Shown piece after piece: positions 19,200 through 29,100 of a stretch of 64,000 nucleotides of DNA. The notes under the pieces are model-generated. The model had not been told where the DNA came from. It worked only from the letters and a program-made list of their open reading frames with translations, and did not search any database. A program made the position numbers and the translations under genes. How positions within the stretch are numbered: position 1 is the first letter of the stretch; each line of letters begins with the position of its first letter. Source of the DNA: Armatimonadota bacterium (GTDB lineage: Bacteria > Armatimonadota > UBA5829 > DTLH01); the NCBI GenBank assembly GCA_038207085.1, contig JBBRAE010000010.1, positions 1-64,000 on the forward strand. The letters are read 5' to 3'.

Positions 19200-20651
19200 C
19201 TAATGAGCGATCTGCTTCCACATCTTTTCGTATTCAAAGTCCGGGTTGAACTCCTCCGTGTGGCAGCTTCGACACGTTTCTTCGCCGATTGCGCCGTAAC
19301 CCTTCGATGGAACCGCGGAGTGCCCCGCACCGGATCCGTGGCACGACTCGCACTGCACGTTTATGAGTTCAGGGGTGCTGTTTGCGTCACTGAAGCCACC
19401 GCGGTACATGGCCCCCGTGGAGTGGCACGAGATGCACTCGGGGTCAAAGTCCTGTTTGCGGTTCACAAGCGAGGCAAACGCGTTCGCGTGGCGCGACGCC
19501 TTCCAAGTGTCGTAAGCCTTCTCATGACACGATTTGCAGCTATCTGAGGTGACGAACAACTTCGGTTTCTTGAACTGCGCCGGGTCAATGCCACGCTTGG
19601 CAAGACGCGTGAGCACCTGGTCTTTGATCTGCTTCTGCTGGCGCACCACGAGGTCCTGTACCTTCGTGTTGTACTCCTCGTAGACCTTGACGATCGCCGG
19701 GCTTTCCTCAAACGACCGCCCGAGATAGATCAGACTGTTCTTGGCGTATTTCACCCCGCCTGGTTTGATCGTAACGTCGAGCCTTCCCAGACTCCAACCC
19801 ATCCTTGAAAGGCTCTTCACGAGCAGACAGTTGCCGACCTTCTCGACCGGAGACTCCACCGTCATCTTGTCCTTTTCCGGCATCGGAACGGTCTCAGCCT
19901 CACGGTGCGCAATGATCACCACGTCGACCCCGGGCACTGCGGCAAGTGGCCTGCCGCGCTTGATCGTCGTATGAGCAACGACCACTACGAAGTCTGCGCC
20001 GCCCCTTACCTTGGAAAGCGTCTTTTTGAGCGAAGCCGCAGGGTCTGAGCCGGAAAACTCACTGTTGTTCCGAGGAAGCACTCCGGTGTCGACCAAGCCG
20101 ACGACCGCAACCTTCAGCCCTCCGGCGGTGGTAACAAGAGTGTAGGGTTTGGAGAAAAGGGCGCTTCCTGAAGGAGCTTTCAGGTTGCCTGCGACAAAGG
20201 GGACGCCCGATGCGCTCTGGTAGGCCCCGAGCGCCTTCGCGCCGAAGGCGAGGTCCGCCTCGCCAGGGACAACCGCGTTGTAACCGATCAGCTTGATCGC
20301 TTTGACCGAAGCGTCGGCCTTGAGCTTGTCCTGATCGGACTCGGGGTTGCCGAGAAAGTCGCCGCCCTCCACCATTACAATGTCTTTAGCCTCACTGCGG
20401 ATTGCGTCAACAGCCGTAGCCTGGCGCGAAAAACCGCCAAAGCGGAACTTGGAGCAGTTGCACGAGCGGATCTGCCCAGACTCGTCGCCGGTGTACAGAA
20501 TCGTCAGTTTGCTTGGCTTGGGCTTGGGCCGGGGCTTGACCGGGGCCTTCACCACTGCTGCGGACATACCGCCGACAAACAACACTCCTATCACCGCAAG
20601 CGCGCACTGTTTCAGTCGCAACGGGCCGATCTCAAAGTATCCACGCATCAC
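19200..20651 (-). CDS. UshA/5'-nucleotidase-like metallophosphoesterase-fold domain fused to a tetraheme c554-type cytochrome c
   Basis: N-domain motifs LYTGDESGQIRSCNC..GG, EGGDF and PGEADL. Four CxxCH motifs: CKSCH, CISCH, CESCH and CRSCH. Confidence 0.85.
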   Translation of the reverse strand: MMRGYFEIGPLRLKQCALAVIGVLFVGGMSAAVVKAPVKPRPKPKPSKLTILYTGDESGQIRSCNCSKFRFGGFSRQATAVDAIRSEAKDIVMVEGGDFLGNPESDQDKLKADASVKAIKLIGYNAVVPGEADLAFGAKALGAYQSASGVPFVAGNLKAPSGSALFSKPYTLVTTAGGLKVAVVGLVDTGVLPRNNSEFSGSDPAASLKKTLSKVRGGADFVVVVAHTTIKRGRPLAAVPGVDVVIIAHREAETVPMPEKDKMTVESPVEKVGNCLLVKSLSRMGWSLGRLDVTIKPGGVKYAKNSLIYLGRSFEESPAIVKVYEEYNTKVQDLVVRQQKQIKDQVLTRLAKRGIDPAQFKKPKLFVTSDSCKSCHEKAYDTWKASRHANAFASLVNRKQDFDPECISCHSTGAMYRGGFSDANSTPELINVQCESCHGSGAGHSAVPSKGYGAIGEETCRSCHTEEFNPDFEYEKMWKQIAH

Positions 20652-20802
20652 AATCCTCTTCTCCTCAGAAAAACCATTCCAAATTCCAGATTTGAGATTT
20701 CAGGCAGGACAGAGATCGGCCAACCTGAAATCTGCAATCTGATATCTGAAACTCACAAGCGTGCCCTAGCCCACTTTATTCGTGAATCGAATAAAGCTCT
20801 CG

Positions 20803-21465
20803 CTAGTGCTTGGGCGGTGTCCCTGCGTTGTGGTTGCGCATCGGGATGATCGGCACCCCCTTCGGAATCTCGAACTTGCTATCGGGGATGCTCACTCCAC
20901 GCTTGTAGGTAACGTAAGAGACCGTCCGATGGAACGTCTTGCCACCCTTGACAGGATTGCTGATCAGAAGCTGCGCGGGGGTCTGGGTCTTCGGGTTCAC
21001 CAGAAGCTTGCAGTCTGTGTTTGATGTTTTGTCCTTGTAAGTGTAAGCGTCGCATTTGATCGCGCCTACCTTTACCGGGGTGACTTTTTTGGCGTTCTGG
21101 GACTTGAGAAACGCTTTGACATCTCCACAGGGTCCGGGTATATAGGAAGTCGGGATATACCGGGAGGAACCCGCCGGATACTTGCCGATCTGCCTGCCAC
21201 TCGATGGCAGAAGAAACGCGCCGTCCTTGTTCCTGATGGCGGTACTCTTTACTCGTGTGCCGGATTTTGCATCCCCGCAGTCGTAGTCAAACCGAAAATT
21301 GGCGCCCTTGACGTACATGTCCCGCGTTCCCTCGTTGCCGAGGCCCGATTTCACCTTTACCTGATAGTAAAGCGTGTCCGGTTTGTTCTGGGCGAACACC
21401 TGCCCAGGGCAGACCAAAGCACCGGCGATAGCGGCAATTGCAAAGACTCTCTTCATGTTCATCAT
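20803..21465 (-). CDS. Secreted LolA-fold/DUF4412-like protein
   Basis: Signal peptide, GxxCDxY and a C-terminal IPDSKFEIPKG motif. GGAGGG RBS. The family assignment is tentative. Confidence 0.6.
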   Translation of the reverse strand: MMNMKRVFAIAAIAGALVCPGQVFAQNKPDTLYYQVKVKSGLGNEGTRDMYVKGANFRFDYDCGDAKSGTRVKSTAIRNKDGAFLLPSSGRQIGKYPAGSSRYIPTSYIPGPCGDVKAFLKSQNAKKVTPVKVGAIKCDAYTYKDKTSNTDCKLLVNPKTQTPAQLLISNPVKGGKTFHRTVSYVTYKRGVSIPDSKFEIPKGVPIIPMRNHNAGTPPKH

Positions 21466-21567
21466 CTTGATTCCCTCCGTGATAACCGTTATGGTATGCT
21501 GATTTAGAGTTGTGTTTGCGACTCAGACTAAGTTTTCCAACCTGTGCTGTCCGCTGTATCGCGGGCT

Positions 21568-22551
21568 TTATTTTGCAGTTTGAAAGACTCCAAACTTTTT
21601 TGCGATATACTCGACGTCGATTAGAAGTTTGCAGCACGCCGGGCTCTCGGCGCTCTGCGCGATCCCCGTGCCGTACCCACCCACTGCCGGAGCAAGCGGT
21701 GTCGCCGCAATGCACCTGTCAGCGGCTGCAAGCTCAAAATCTCCAAGCGCCATCCCGGCGCCTGTGGTATCACCAAAGTTCAGGCAGGCCTGCGCCAGAG
21801 CAACATAGCCCTGAAGCTGATAGAACAGCGCCTCGTCACTTACAAGTGGCGTCCCCGACAACCCAAACGGCATCTCGTGAAACACGTCGAGCGTGCGCTT
21901 CAAACTCGACAGGTCCGCGTCCAGCTTCCACTGCCACACCTCACAGTGCGCATAGGCGGGTTTGTTTGGGCCGGAGCCGTCGTCGTCCCATGCCTTGCAG
22001 GTGCCGTAGAGCAGGGTCAGTTTCCAGGTAGTCCCCGGAGCCTCGAAAAGAAGCGGCCACCATGTTCTGATGTTCGGCGTTCCGTGCTGCGTGATGGGGG
22101 TATCGACAAACACCTCCGAGCACTGGACCTCGGACGGCCTCTCCTTGACCAAAATGACGTTCTTGATCGTATAATAGAGCCCCAACGAAGCGGCGCCCAC
22201 ATAGTTTCTCCACATCTCGTTTGCAGGTTCGATGCAGCCGTTGCCGTTTACGTCCCTGTGTCCCGGATCGATCGCCAGGATCCCGGGCACCGCGCTTATG
22301 ACCTCTCGGGATACCTTTGAGTATCCTCGAAAGTCCCTGTCACCCCGCTGTGCGCTCGTTCCGCTCTGTCCCAGGTATGCGTTATACACAGGAATGGCGG
22401 GCCGAACTGTGGCGGCGGCGATTCTTTCCCCGGCAGATGGCCGGGCCAAAACTACAATTAGCGCGGCTGCGAGAATGCAGCCGGTGGCGCTATCCGCGCC
22501 AGCCATTAAGAGACGGCGCGGATAGCGCCGTCGACTTGTTCGGTCTTTCAC
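21568..22551 (-). CDS. Secreted hypothetical protein with NIRTWWPL domain (paralog 1)
   Basis: Aligns by eye with 23025-23969 and with the C-terminus of 31069-35577. The start is uncertain (GTG 22551 or ATG 22506). Confidence 0.8.
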   Translation of the reverse strand: MKDRTSRRRYPRRLLMAGADSATGCILAAALIVVLARPSAGERIAAATVRPAIPVYNAYLGQSGTSAQRGDRDFRGYSKVSREVISAVPGILAIDPGHRDVNGNGCIEPANEMWRNYVGAASLGLYYTIKNVILVKERPSEVQCSEVFVDTPITQHGTPNIRTWWPLLFEAPGTTWKLTLLYGTCKAWDDDGSGPNKPAYAHCEVWQWKLDADLSSLKRTLDVFHEMPFGLSGTPLVSDEALFYQLQGYVALAQACLNFGDTTGAGMALGDFELAAADRCIAATPLAPAVGGYGTGIAQSAESPACCKLLIDVEYIAKKFGVFQTAK

Positions 22552-22945
22552 TGTGACGTCCTTCTGAAGGGCGTTGCGGGCAGCAATCACGCTCGCCTCA
22601 CCCTCTATAAGCACTGTAATCGCGCACATATTGCTGCGTCACAATGGTGTGGGGAGACCGAACTCCCGAACGACCCAGGTTCGTCCGTGAAACTCTCTGT
22701 GACGGTGCATCCACCGAACTGTCGCGGATCCATTCCGCTTGATACCGTCCGGAGACTGTCCATCCTTGTGCACGTCTAACATGATTCCTGTTCTTTGCCG
22801 TAGCACTTGAGCCGCGTACAGAAACTCCGAAGAAGAGTTCATCAAAGACAAATAATCAAGTCAATCGGACACTAGAGCCAGGGGATGGTATTTGCGTTGG
22901 TTAATGCTTTTTCTGACCGGTATTACGGTGTATCACTGATCTTGA

Positions 22946-22981
22946 AAAAGTGGCCCCGGCCCGTTTGGACCGGGGCCACTC
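22946..22981 (-). terminator. Intrinsic terminator downstream of 23025-23969
   Basis: AGTGGCCCCGG...CCGGGGCCACT stem with a TTTT tail on the minus strand. Confidence 0.8.
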
Positions 22982-23024
22982 TATAGCCGTGCCGGATGAA
23001 TCACTCCATCAGGCCGCTAACCTC

Positions 23025-23969
23025 TTAGGACTTCTTGGTTGCGAAGATACCATACTTTGCAGCAAGGAACTCCACGTCTATGAGAAGCTTGCATACTGCA
23101 GGATTCTCTGATGTCTGGGCGATACCAGTGTAAACGCCACCGGGGAACGGCTGGAACGGGCTGGTGCTGATTGCAGCATCCTGAACCTCGAGCTCGAACT
23201 CGCCGAGGAGGAGGCTAGCGCCAGCATAGTCCTGGGCACCGAGCAGAGCAGAGATCTGCTGAACCATACCCTGGAGCTGCACATAGAGTGCTTCGTTGGA
23301 GATAAGCGGAACCTCGTCCAGACCGAACGGAACCTGATGGAACAGCGCGAGCAAGTTGCTCAGGCTATCGAAGGTTACGTCCACGGACCATTTCCAGGTT
23401 TCCTGATGAACAGGGGAACCGGGGTTGATCAGAGAGCCGTCGTCGTCATAGTTGACAACGTCATTGACGCCGGGTCCGACGCGAAGCTGCGGGGTTCCGT
23501 AAAGAACGGTGAGGGTCCAGACTGTGCCAGGAGCCTCATACATCAGCGGCCACCAGGTCCTGATGTTAGCAGTTCCCTGCTGGGTGATTGTCTTGGCAGC
23601 ATAAACTTCGTTGCACTGAACGAAGGTCGGGGTCTTCTTCTGAAGAACCACGTTCTTGATCGTGTAGCCAAGCTGCCAAATCCCGCCAAGGGAGTTCGCA
23701 TTTGCTGCGCCAACGAAGTTTGACCAGCTTGCGCCGGGAACGATTGAGAACACGCCAGGAACGGCAGTGATGACGTCGCGTTCGGTTCCGGCATAGCCGA
23801 GGAAGTTAGTGTCAACGCCGTTGCTGTTACCAGCATACGCCTGGTAAACAAGGAAGTCAGTGCCCTCATGGACGATGGGAAGAACCTGGATTCTGGCAGC
23901 CATTGCCGGCAGGCATACGATGGCCAGAGCGATTGCGAAAGAAACTACGTACCTCTTTGTTACTTGCAT
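23025..23969 (-). CDS. Secreted hypothetical protein with NIRTWWPL domain (paralog 2); candidate abundant surface protein
   Basis: Signal peptide MQVTKRYVVSFAIALAIVCLPAMA. ATG 23969 follows GAGGAGAGGAG. Has its own promoter and terminator. Confidence 0.88.
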   Translation of the reverse strand: MQVTKRYVVSFAIALAIVCLPAMAARIQVLPIVHEGTDFLVYQAYAGNSNGVDTNFLGYAGTERDVITAVPGVFSIVPGASWSNFVGAANANSLGGIWQLGYTIKNVVLQKKTPTFVQCNEVYAAKTITQQGTANIRTWWPLMYEAPGTVWTLTVLYGTPQLRVGPGVNDVVNYDDDGSLINPGSPVHQETWKWSVDVTFDSLSNLLALFHQVPFGLDEVPLISNEALYVQLQGMVQQISALLGAQDYAGASLLLGEFELEVQDAAISTSPFQPFPGGVYTGIAQTSENPAVCKLLIDVEFLAAKYGIFATKKS

Positions 23970-24302
23970 TTGGATTGCTCCTCTCCTCATAAGCTTGAGC
24001 TTTGATGGAAACGATAATTGTGTGCTGATTGGTAGACTCGCTTTAGCTGTCTCTGTCCCAGACCGGCCAGCACGCTTCGGAATGGTTCGTCTCTGTCCGG
24101 GTGCCTCAAACCAAGGGGCGCCTCCCCCTGGTCGTTGGACAAAACTTCCTGGACATAGGAAACAGCCGTTCTTCTTTTGCTCTACGCTATAACATCACCC
24201 CCTGCGAGCCACAGATTTGACATCGGGTTGCCAGTTTGATAGCAATTGTATTCTCCCGGCCAATGTGGACGATTTTATGTCAGCTCGCCAACCACCGATC
24301 GC

Positions 24303-24331
24303 ATTATACTGTCACTATTACGCGTTGTCAA
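24303..24331 (-). promoter_or_regulatory. Perfect-consensus sigma70 promoter for 23025-23969
   Basis: The minus strand reads TTGACA-acgcgtaatagtgacag (17 nt)-TATAAT, with an AT-rich tract upstream. Confidence 0.85.
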
Positions 24332-24839
24332 CAGCCATTCTTTATAAATCAGGGTTATTCAAGCAAAATCAGGTATTCTTACCAGTATTTGCAGCTTTTA
24401 CCCTCTTGGAACTATGCCCAAAGTTGATTCAGACTCGGCCGAATCCAACGCTGTGCTGGTATTACCCAGCAACAATAGGAGGCAAACATAGTGCCGATAA
24501 AAAATGCTATTTGTGGGCGAATTCAGGTATTATTACCTGCTTTCTGAGGTGTAATTGGCATCTATTCGTTGTCACATGGTCCAATATACGACGATTTATG
24601 GCGTTTTTTGCTTAAGAGCTTGAATTACAGCCCTCGCCAGCCCCGGACGGGCAGATTCTCATATCGACCTCCGTTCTACTCCTTTGTCACATGCAGGTCC
24701 GACCCGTCCCCCGACGCACGTGCCTGATTGGCACGGTTTTTGCAAGTGTGACTGGTGGATGTACCAGCACTGGGCCAATCTGAATATATGGACATTGGAA
24801 CCACTGGTGTTGGCATCCGGATTGAAGGGAGACGGACCG

Positions 24840-26087
24840 ATGCATACCCTTAATTTGCGCAACATTCCCATAGCCGTGGGCGTGGCTGCCGCACTGGTGA
24901 CGTGTCTTGCCCCACCAGCGCTCGCGCAGCTCGACGGCGAACACCCCGCTTTCAGAGTGGACGCCCGCCGCACTGGAAGATCTGTCTACGCAGGCGCTGA
25001 TGACTCACTGATCCACTGGAGGACCGACCTCGGGGGAATCCTGTCCTCACCGGCGATCGATTCTGACGGGACGATCTACGCCGGCTCGTTCAACTCAACG
25101 CTTTACGCGGTAAACCGTGACGGCTCGGTAAAGTGGGAGTATCCGACCGCGGGCTGGATATCGTCGTCCCCGGCGATCGGCAAGGACGGCACAGTGTTTG
25201 TCGGCAGCCAGGACAACTACCTCCACGCGGTCAACCCCGATGGCACGAACAAATGGAAGTATTGGACGGGACAGCCGCCCAGCCTTCCCGCGCCTGTCTA
25301 CACTTCGCCCGTGATCAGCCGTAACAACGTATTGCTCTTCACCTCCGATCGCGGGATGGTGTATGCAAACGACGCGGACACCGGAGCATCGCTTTGGACA
25401 GCGAACATCGCGCCCTACAGCCTGTCATCGCCGTCCGTTGGGGATGACGGCACAGTCTACGTCGGGGACGCAAACGGTGACCTCCACAGCATCAGAGCCG
25501 ACGGCTCGACCGCCTGGAAGTTTCACACCGGCAACCGAATAGGAACCGCACCCGCGATAGGAGACGACGGAACGATCTATGTGACCTCGGCTGACGGCAA
25601 TTGCTACGCGATAAACCCCAACGGCACACGGAAGTGGGCTTACGCCTCGATGGGAGCGATCGGCTCCTCGCCGACCATCGGCTACGACGGCACGATCTAT
25701 TTCGGCTCAAACGACGGCTACTTCCACGCTGTAAACGCCGCCACAGGGACTCGCAAGTGGATGTTTATGGTCGGAATGCAAATATCGTCCTCGGCGACCG
25801 TCGACATTAACAACAACCTCTACTTCGGCGGCCAGGACGGCAAGGTCTACTCGGTCAACTCTTCTGGGCTCCTGAGGTGGAAGACGGATGTCGGCAGCAG
25901 AATTGACTCCTCGCCCTCCATAGACAGCCTGGGGACGGTTTACATCGGGACTCAGGGCGGCGAACTGATCGCGATAGGCGACGCCAACCAAGTCGTGGCG
26001 AACGCCCCGGAGCCCTCCTCGATCATCCTGGGACTCATCGCAGCCCCCGGAATCTTCGCACTGGCAAGGCGCAGGCGAACAAGCTAA
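24840..26087 (+). CDS. PQQ-like/BamB beta-propeller protein with PEP-CTERM
   Basis: Signal peptide, 8 SSPxIxxDGTxYxGS repeats and C-terminal APEPSSIILGLIAAPGIFALARRRR. Confidence 0.92.
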   Translation: MHTLNLRNIPIAVGVAAALVTCLAPPALAQLDGEHPAFRVDARRTGRSVYAGADDSLIHWRTDLGGILSSPAIDSDGTIYAGSFNSTLYAVNRDGSVKWEYPTAGWISSSPAIGKDGTVFVGSQDNYLHAVNPDGTNKWKYWTGQPPSLPAPVYTSPVISRNNVLLFTSDRGMVYANDADTGASLWTANIAPYSLSSPSVGDDGTVYVGDANGDLHSIRADGSTAWKFHTGNRIGTAPAIGDDGTIYVTSADGNCYAINPNGTRKWAYASMGAIGSSPTIGYDGTIYFGSNDGYFHAVNAATGTRKWMFMVGMQISSSATVDINNNLYFGGQDGKVYSVNSSGLLRWKTDVGSRIDSSPSIDSLGTVYIGTQGGELIAIGDANQVVANAPEPSSIILGLIAAPGIFALARRRRTS

Positions 26088-26115
26088 CGTAACCAATCAA
26101 TCGGTCCGCAACAAA

Positions 26116-26152
26116 GAAGCGGCGTCCTTCCAATGGAGGGACGCCGCTTTTG
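26116..26152. terminator. Terminator between convergent genes
   Basis: AAGCGGCGTCCTTCC...GGAGGGACGCCGCTTTT. Confidence 0.75.
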
Positions 26153-26172
26153 GCATTTGGATTTGATCGTGA

Positions 26173-29100
26173 CTACATAAGATCCATATCCCAGATATCC
26201 CTGGGGCGCACCGTCCGATAGAACTGTCCACCGCTTGAGATAAGGGAACTGATCCCCGTCACCGCAACAAACTGCCCCTCGTTCGGGGACAGGACGTTTT
26301 CGCAGTCGATTCGCACACCCTTGTAGGGGGAGTTATCCTGCGCGCCGGAGCCGTCGTCGATGTAGAAATACAGAGCAGTGGCCTTGGTGACCAGTCCGAC
26401 GACGCGCACGAGCATCCCGATGTTGTTCAGCCCAACGCCGCCCGGTATCCCCCGCTGTCCTGCCCCTGTAGCGGCGTCAAAGAGGCCTCCGCCGCCAAGT
26501 GTGCGCACGGTCATCCCAAGGGGCTTAGGCACGGTCCCAAGCGTGCTTGCTGCGGTCAGAGTGAACGGTGTGATCTGCCGCTCGCCGTTTGGCGCAGTGC
26601 CAATGGTGCCCTGCAGCGTGACCACTTTGCCACGGGTCATGTTCTCGGTGCTTACGACCCTGATCCCTGATGACCTGTCGGTTTCCTGGATGTAGAAGTG
26701 GTTGCCAAAGTCCTCAACCCCGCCGGAGACAACCTTGCCCGCGAGCGAGACCTCTTCGTTGTCGCCGAGCGTCTTCACGTAAGCCAAGCTTGGCATTGGA
26801 CCCGGGCTTGGCATTACACCGAGCAATCCGGCGAAATTCACTCCCTGTGTGCCGATCCCTCGCACGACGTTGACGGTCTTGGAGAGCGGGTTGAACGTCC
26901 AGTAGGGTTTGGCGGCGGTGACCACGTGCTTGCCTTCATCCACTTCTGAGACCAGATAAGTGCCGTCGACACCCGTCCGCGCCGAGGCCGAAATCCCGCT
27001 GACCGCCACGTTGATACCGGCGACGGGGTGCTGCCCGGACAAATACTCAATCTTGTCGCAGACAAAACCGTAGTCGTTGTCCATTTCATCAGAGGCAAGC
27101 TGCACAGTAAGATGGTCCCCGGGAATCCATGAGCTCCACATATCGACTAGGTCACCAGTGATCTCGTCGACCACGTTGTCGTTTCCATCAAGCACATAGA
27201 CATAGTCAAACCCCGACTCGACTAGAAGCGAGGAGAAATGCACCCGCACACTTGGCGCGCCCACAGGGGCCTGAACGGCGTAGGGTATCGTCGCGTTGTT
27301 CGCATAGGGATGCGTGGACTGCACCAGGATCGACTGCTGAACACACGCGCTCGATGTAACCGTTCCCGAAACCGACCCAGGCGGAGAAGCTAGAAAGTCC
27401 ACCCCGCCCGTCGCGCCGCCGCTTGGCACGGAGACGGTCCTGATGTCCGGGTTAAATATCCAATGCGCAAGAGCCGGAGCAACGGTGTAAGTGACGGGCT
27501 CAAGGCCCGCAAACGAGTATGTCCCGTCGGCCTGCGTGACTGCGCTGTGCCCGCCGGGTTCCGCTGTCACGGTGACGCCTGCAAGCGGCCCGTTGGCGAT
27601 CGTGTTGGTCTCGTAACCGCTGATGTAGAACCCCCAAAATCCGGGCCCGACATAGCTTGCGTCAGGCACCAGCACGACCTTCAGAGTGTTGCCGCTCACC
27701 CAGTTGCTCCAAACGTCTGAAGCGTCGCCGGTGTAGGTGTTGACGATCGTGCCGTCGGGAGTTTCTACATAGAGGTAGTCGATATGCCCAAGATCGGTGT
27801 TGTTCAGAAGCGCTATCTCCTCGAAGTGCACCCTGATCTGGCTCGCGCCCGGATGGCCGGTGATCGTATAGACGATCGGCGCGGCGTCGGAATATGGGTG
27901 TTCCGTCTCAAGGATATACCCCACGCGACCACCGACGGCCTGGGTAATCGTGCCCGAAACGCTTCCCGGTTGCCCTGTCCCAACAAAGTCGACACCCGTC
28001 ACGGGGTTCTCCGTAACAGTGATCTCCCTTGACGTAGGGTCAAACGTCCAACCCGTCTTTGATGGGGTGATGGTATATGTGCCGGGTGAAAGCGGCATGG
28101 TGTAGCTTCCACTTGCACCGGTGGAGATGGTCTGCGACCCCTCAGAGCCGGTTGCTGTGATCGTTGCCCCCTGCACGGGAGCGCCGCTTGCGGTAGTCAC
28201 CGTTCCAGCGCCGTAGCCCGACGGAAGCATCCCCGAGATAGCGAGCGCGAAAGGCTGAGGGCCGGATGGGACGTTGGTTCCCGAAACGGTGACGGTGTAG
28301 CTACCTGAGACGGGCGAGGCGATGTCGACGCTTTCGACGTTGTTGGTGTTGTCGCTTGTCCCGTTGCCCCGGTAGAGCGTGCCGGTCGGCCCGGTCACGG
28401 TGAGATCGAGGTTGTTGACGAGTTGTTTGCCCGAAAGGGTCGAAGGCGCTGGGTCGGTCCACACAAGCGTCACGGCAAGCGGCTCTGCAGACCCTAGCAC
28501 GTTGTAGACGTAGGTGCGGGATCCGCCCGTCGATATCCCCGCGACCTCATCGGCGCTTGCCAGCACGCGGGGAAGCGTCGGCACAGGGTTTGAGGCGAAG
28601 TTGAGAAGCCCCCACCCTTCGACGTTGTTTGGACGGCTGAACGGAATCTCTTTCTTGGTCCCGGAGCCGTACTGGCCGGGGAAGATGTCCTTTGCGCCGT
28701 TTAGCAGTGTCGCCTTGATCAGCGCCGCGCTCGGCTGGGAACCGCGGCTCTTCATGTAGTACTCTCTCACAAGCGCGGCAGCTCCGGCGACCATCGGGGT
28801 GGACATACTGGTGCCGCCCCAATACATATAGTTGGAGTTGATCGCCCCCCACCCCGTCGTCAAAGCAATATGGCTGCGCGCGGAGGCGATGTTCGTGCCG
28901 GGCGCACAGATATCGGGTTTGATCCTCCCGTCCTGGCAGGGTCCGCGTCCACTCCAGGCGACCATGCCCCGTCCGCGATCGGCGGAGCTTGGAGTATCGG
29001 AGATGTAGTCAGTCCTGATCGGGTCGGATGAAAAATCGTCCGGCCAGCCCGAGACGCCTCCGTAGGTGGCGATCTTGCCGCCGGTCTGGCGAACGCTTTC

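Noticed and set aside
20450..20470. Selenocysteine in the UshA-like protein
   Set aside because: Both motif codons are TGC; there is no in-frame TGA.
24840..26087. PQQ-dependent dehydrogenase function for the propeller proteins
   Set aside because: Only short structural SSPA repeats are present, without the size or insertions of quinoprotein dehydrogenases.
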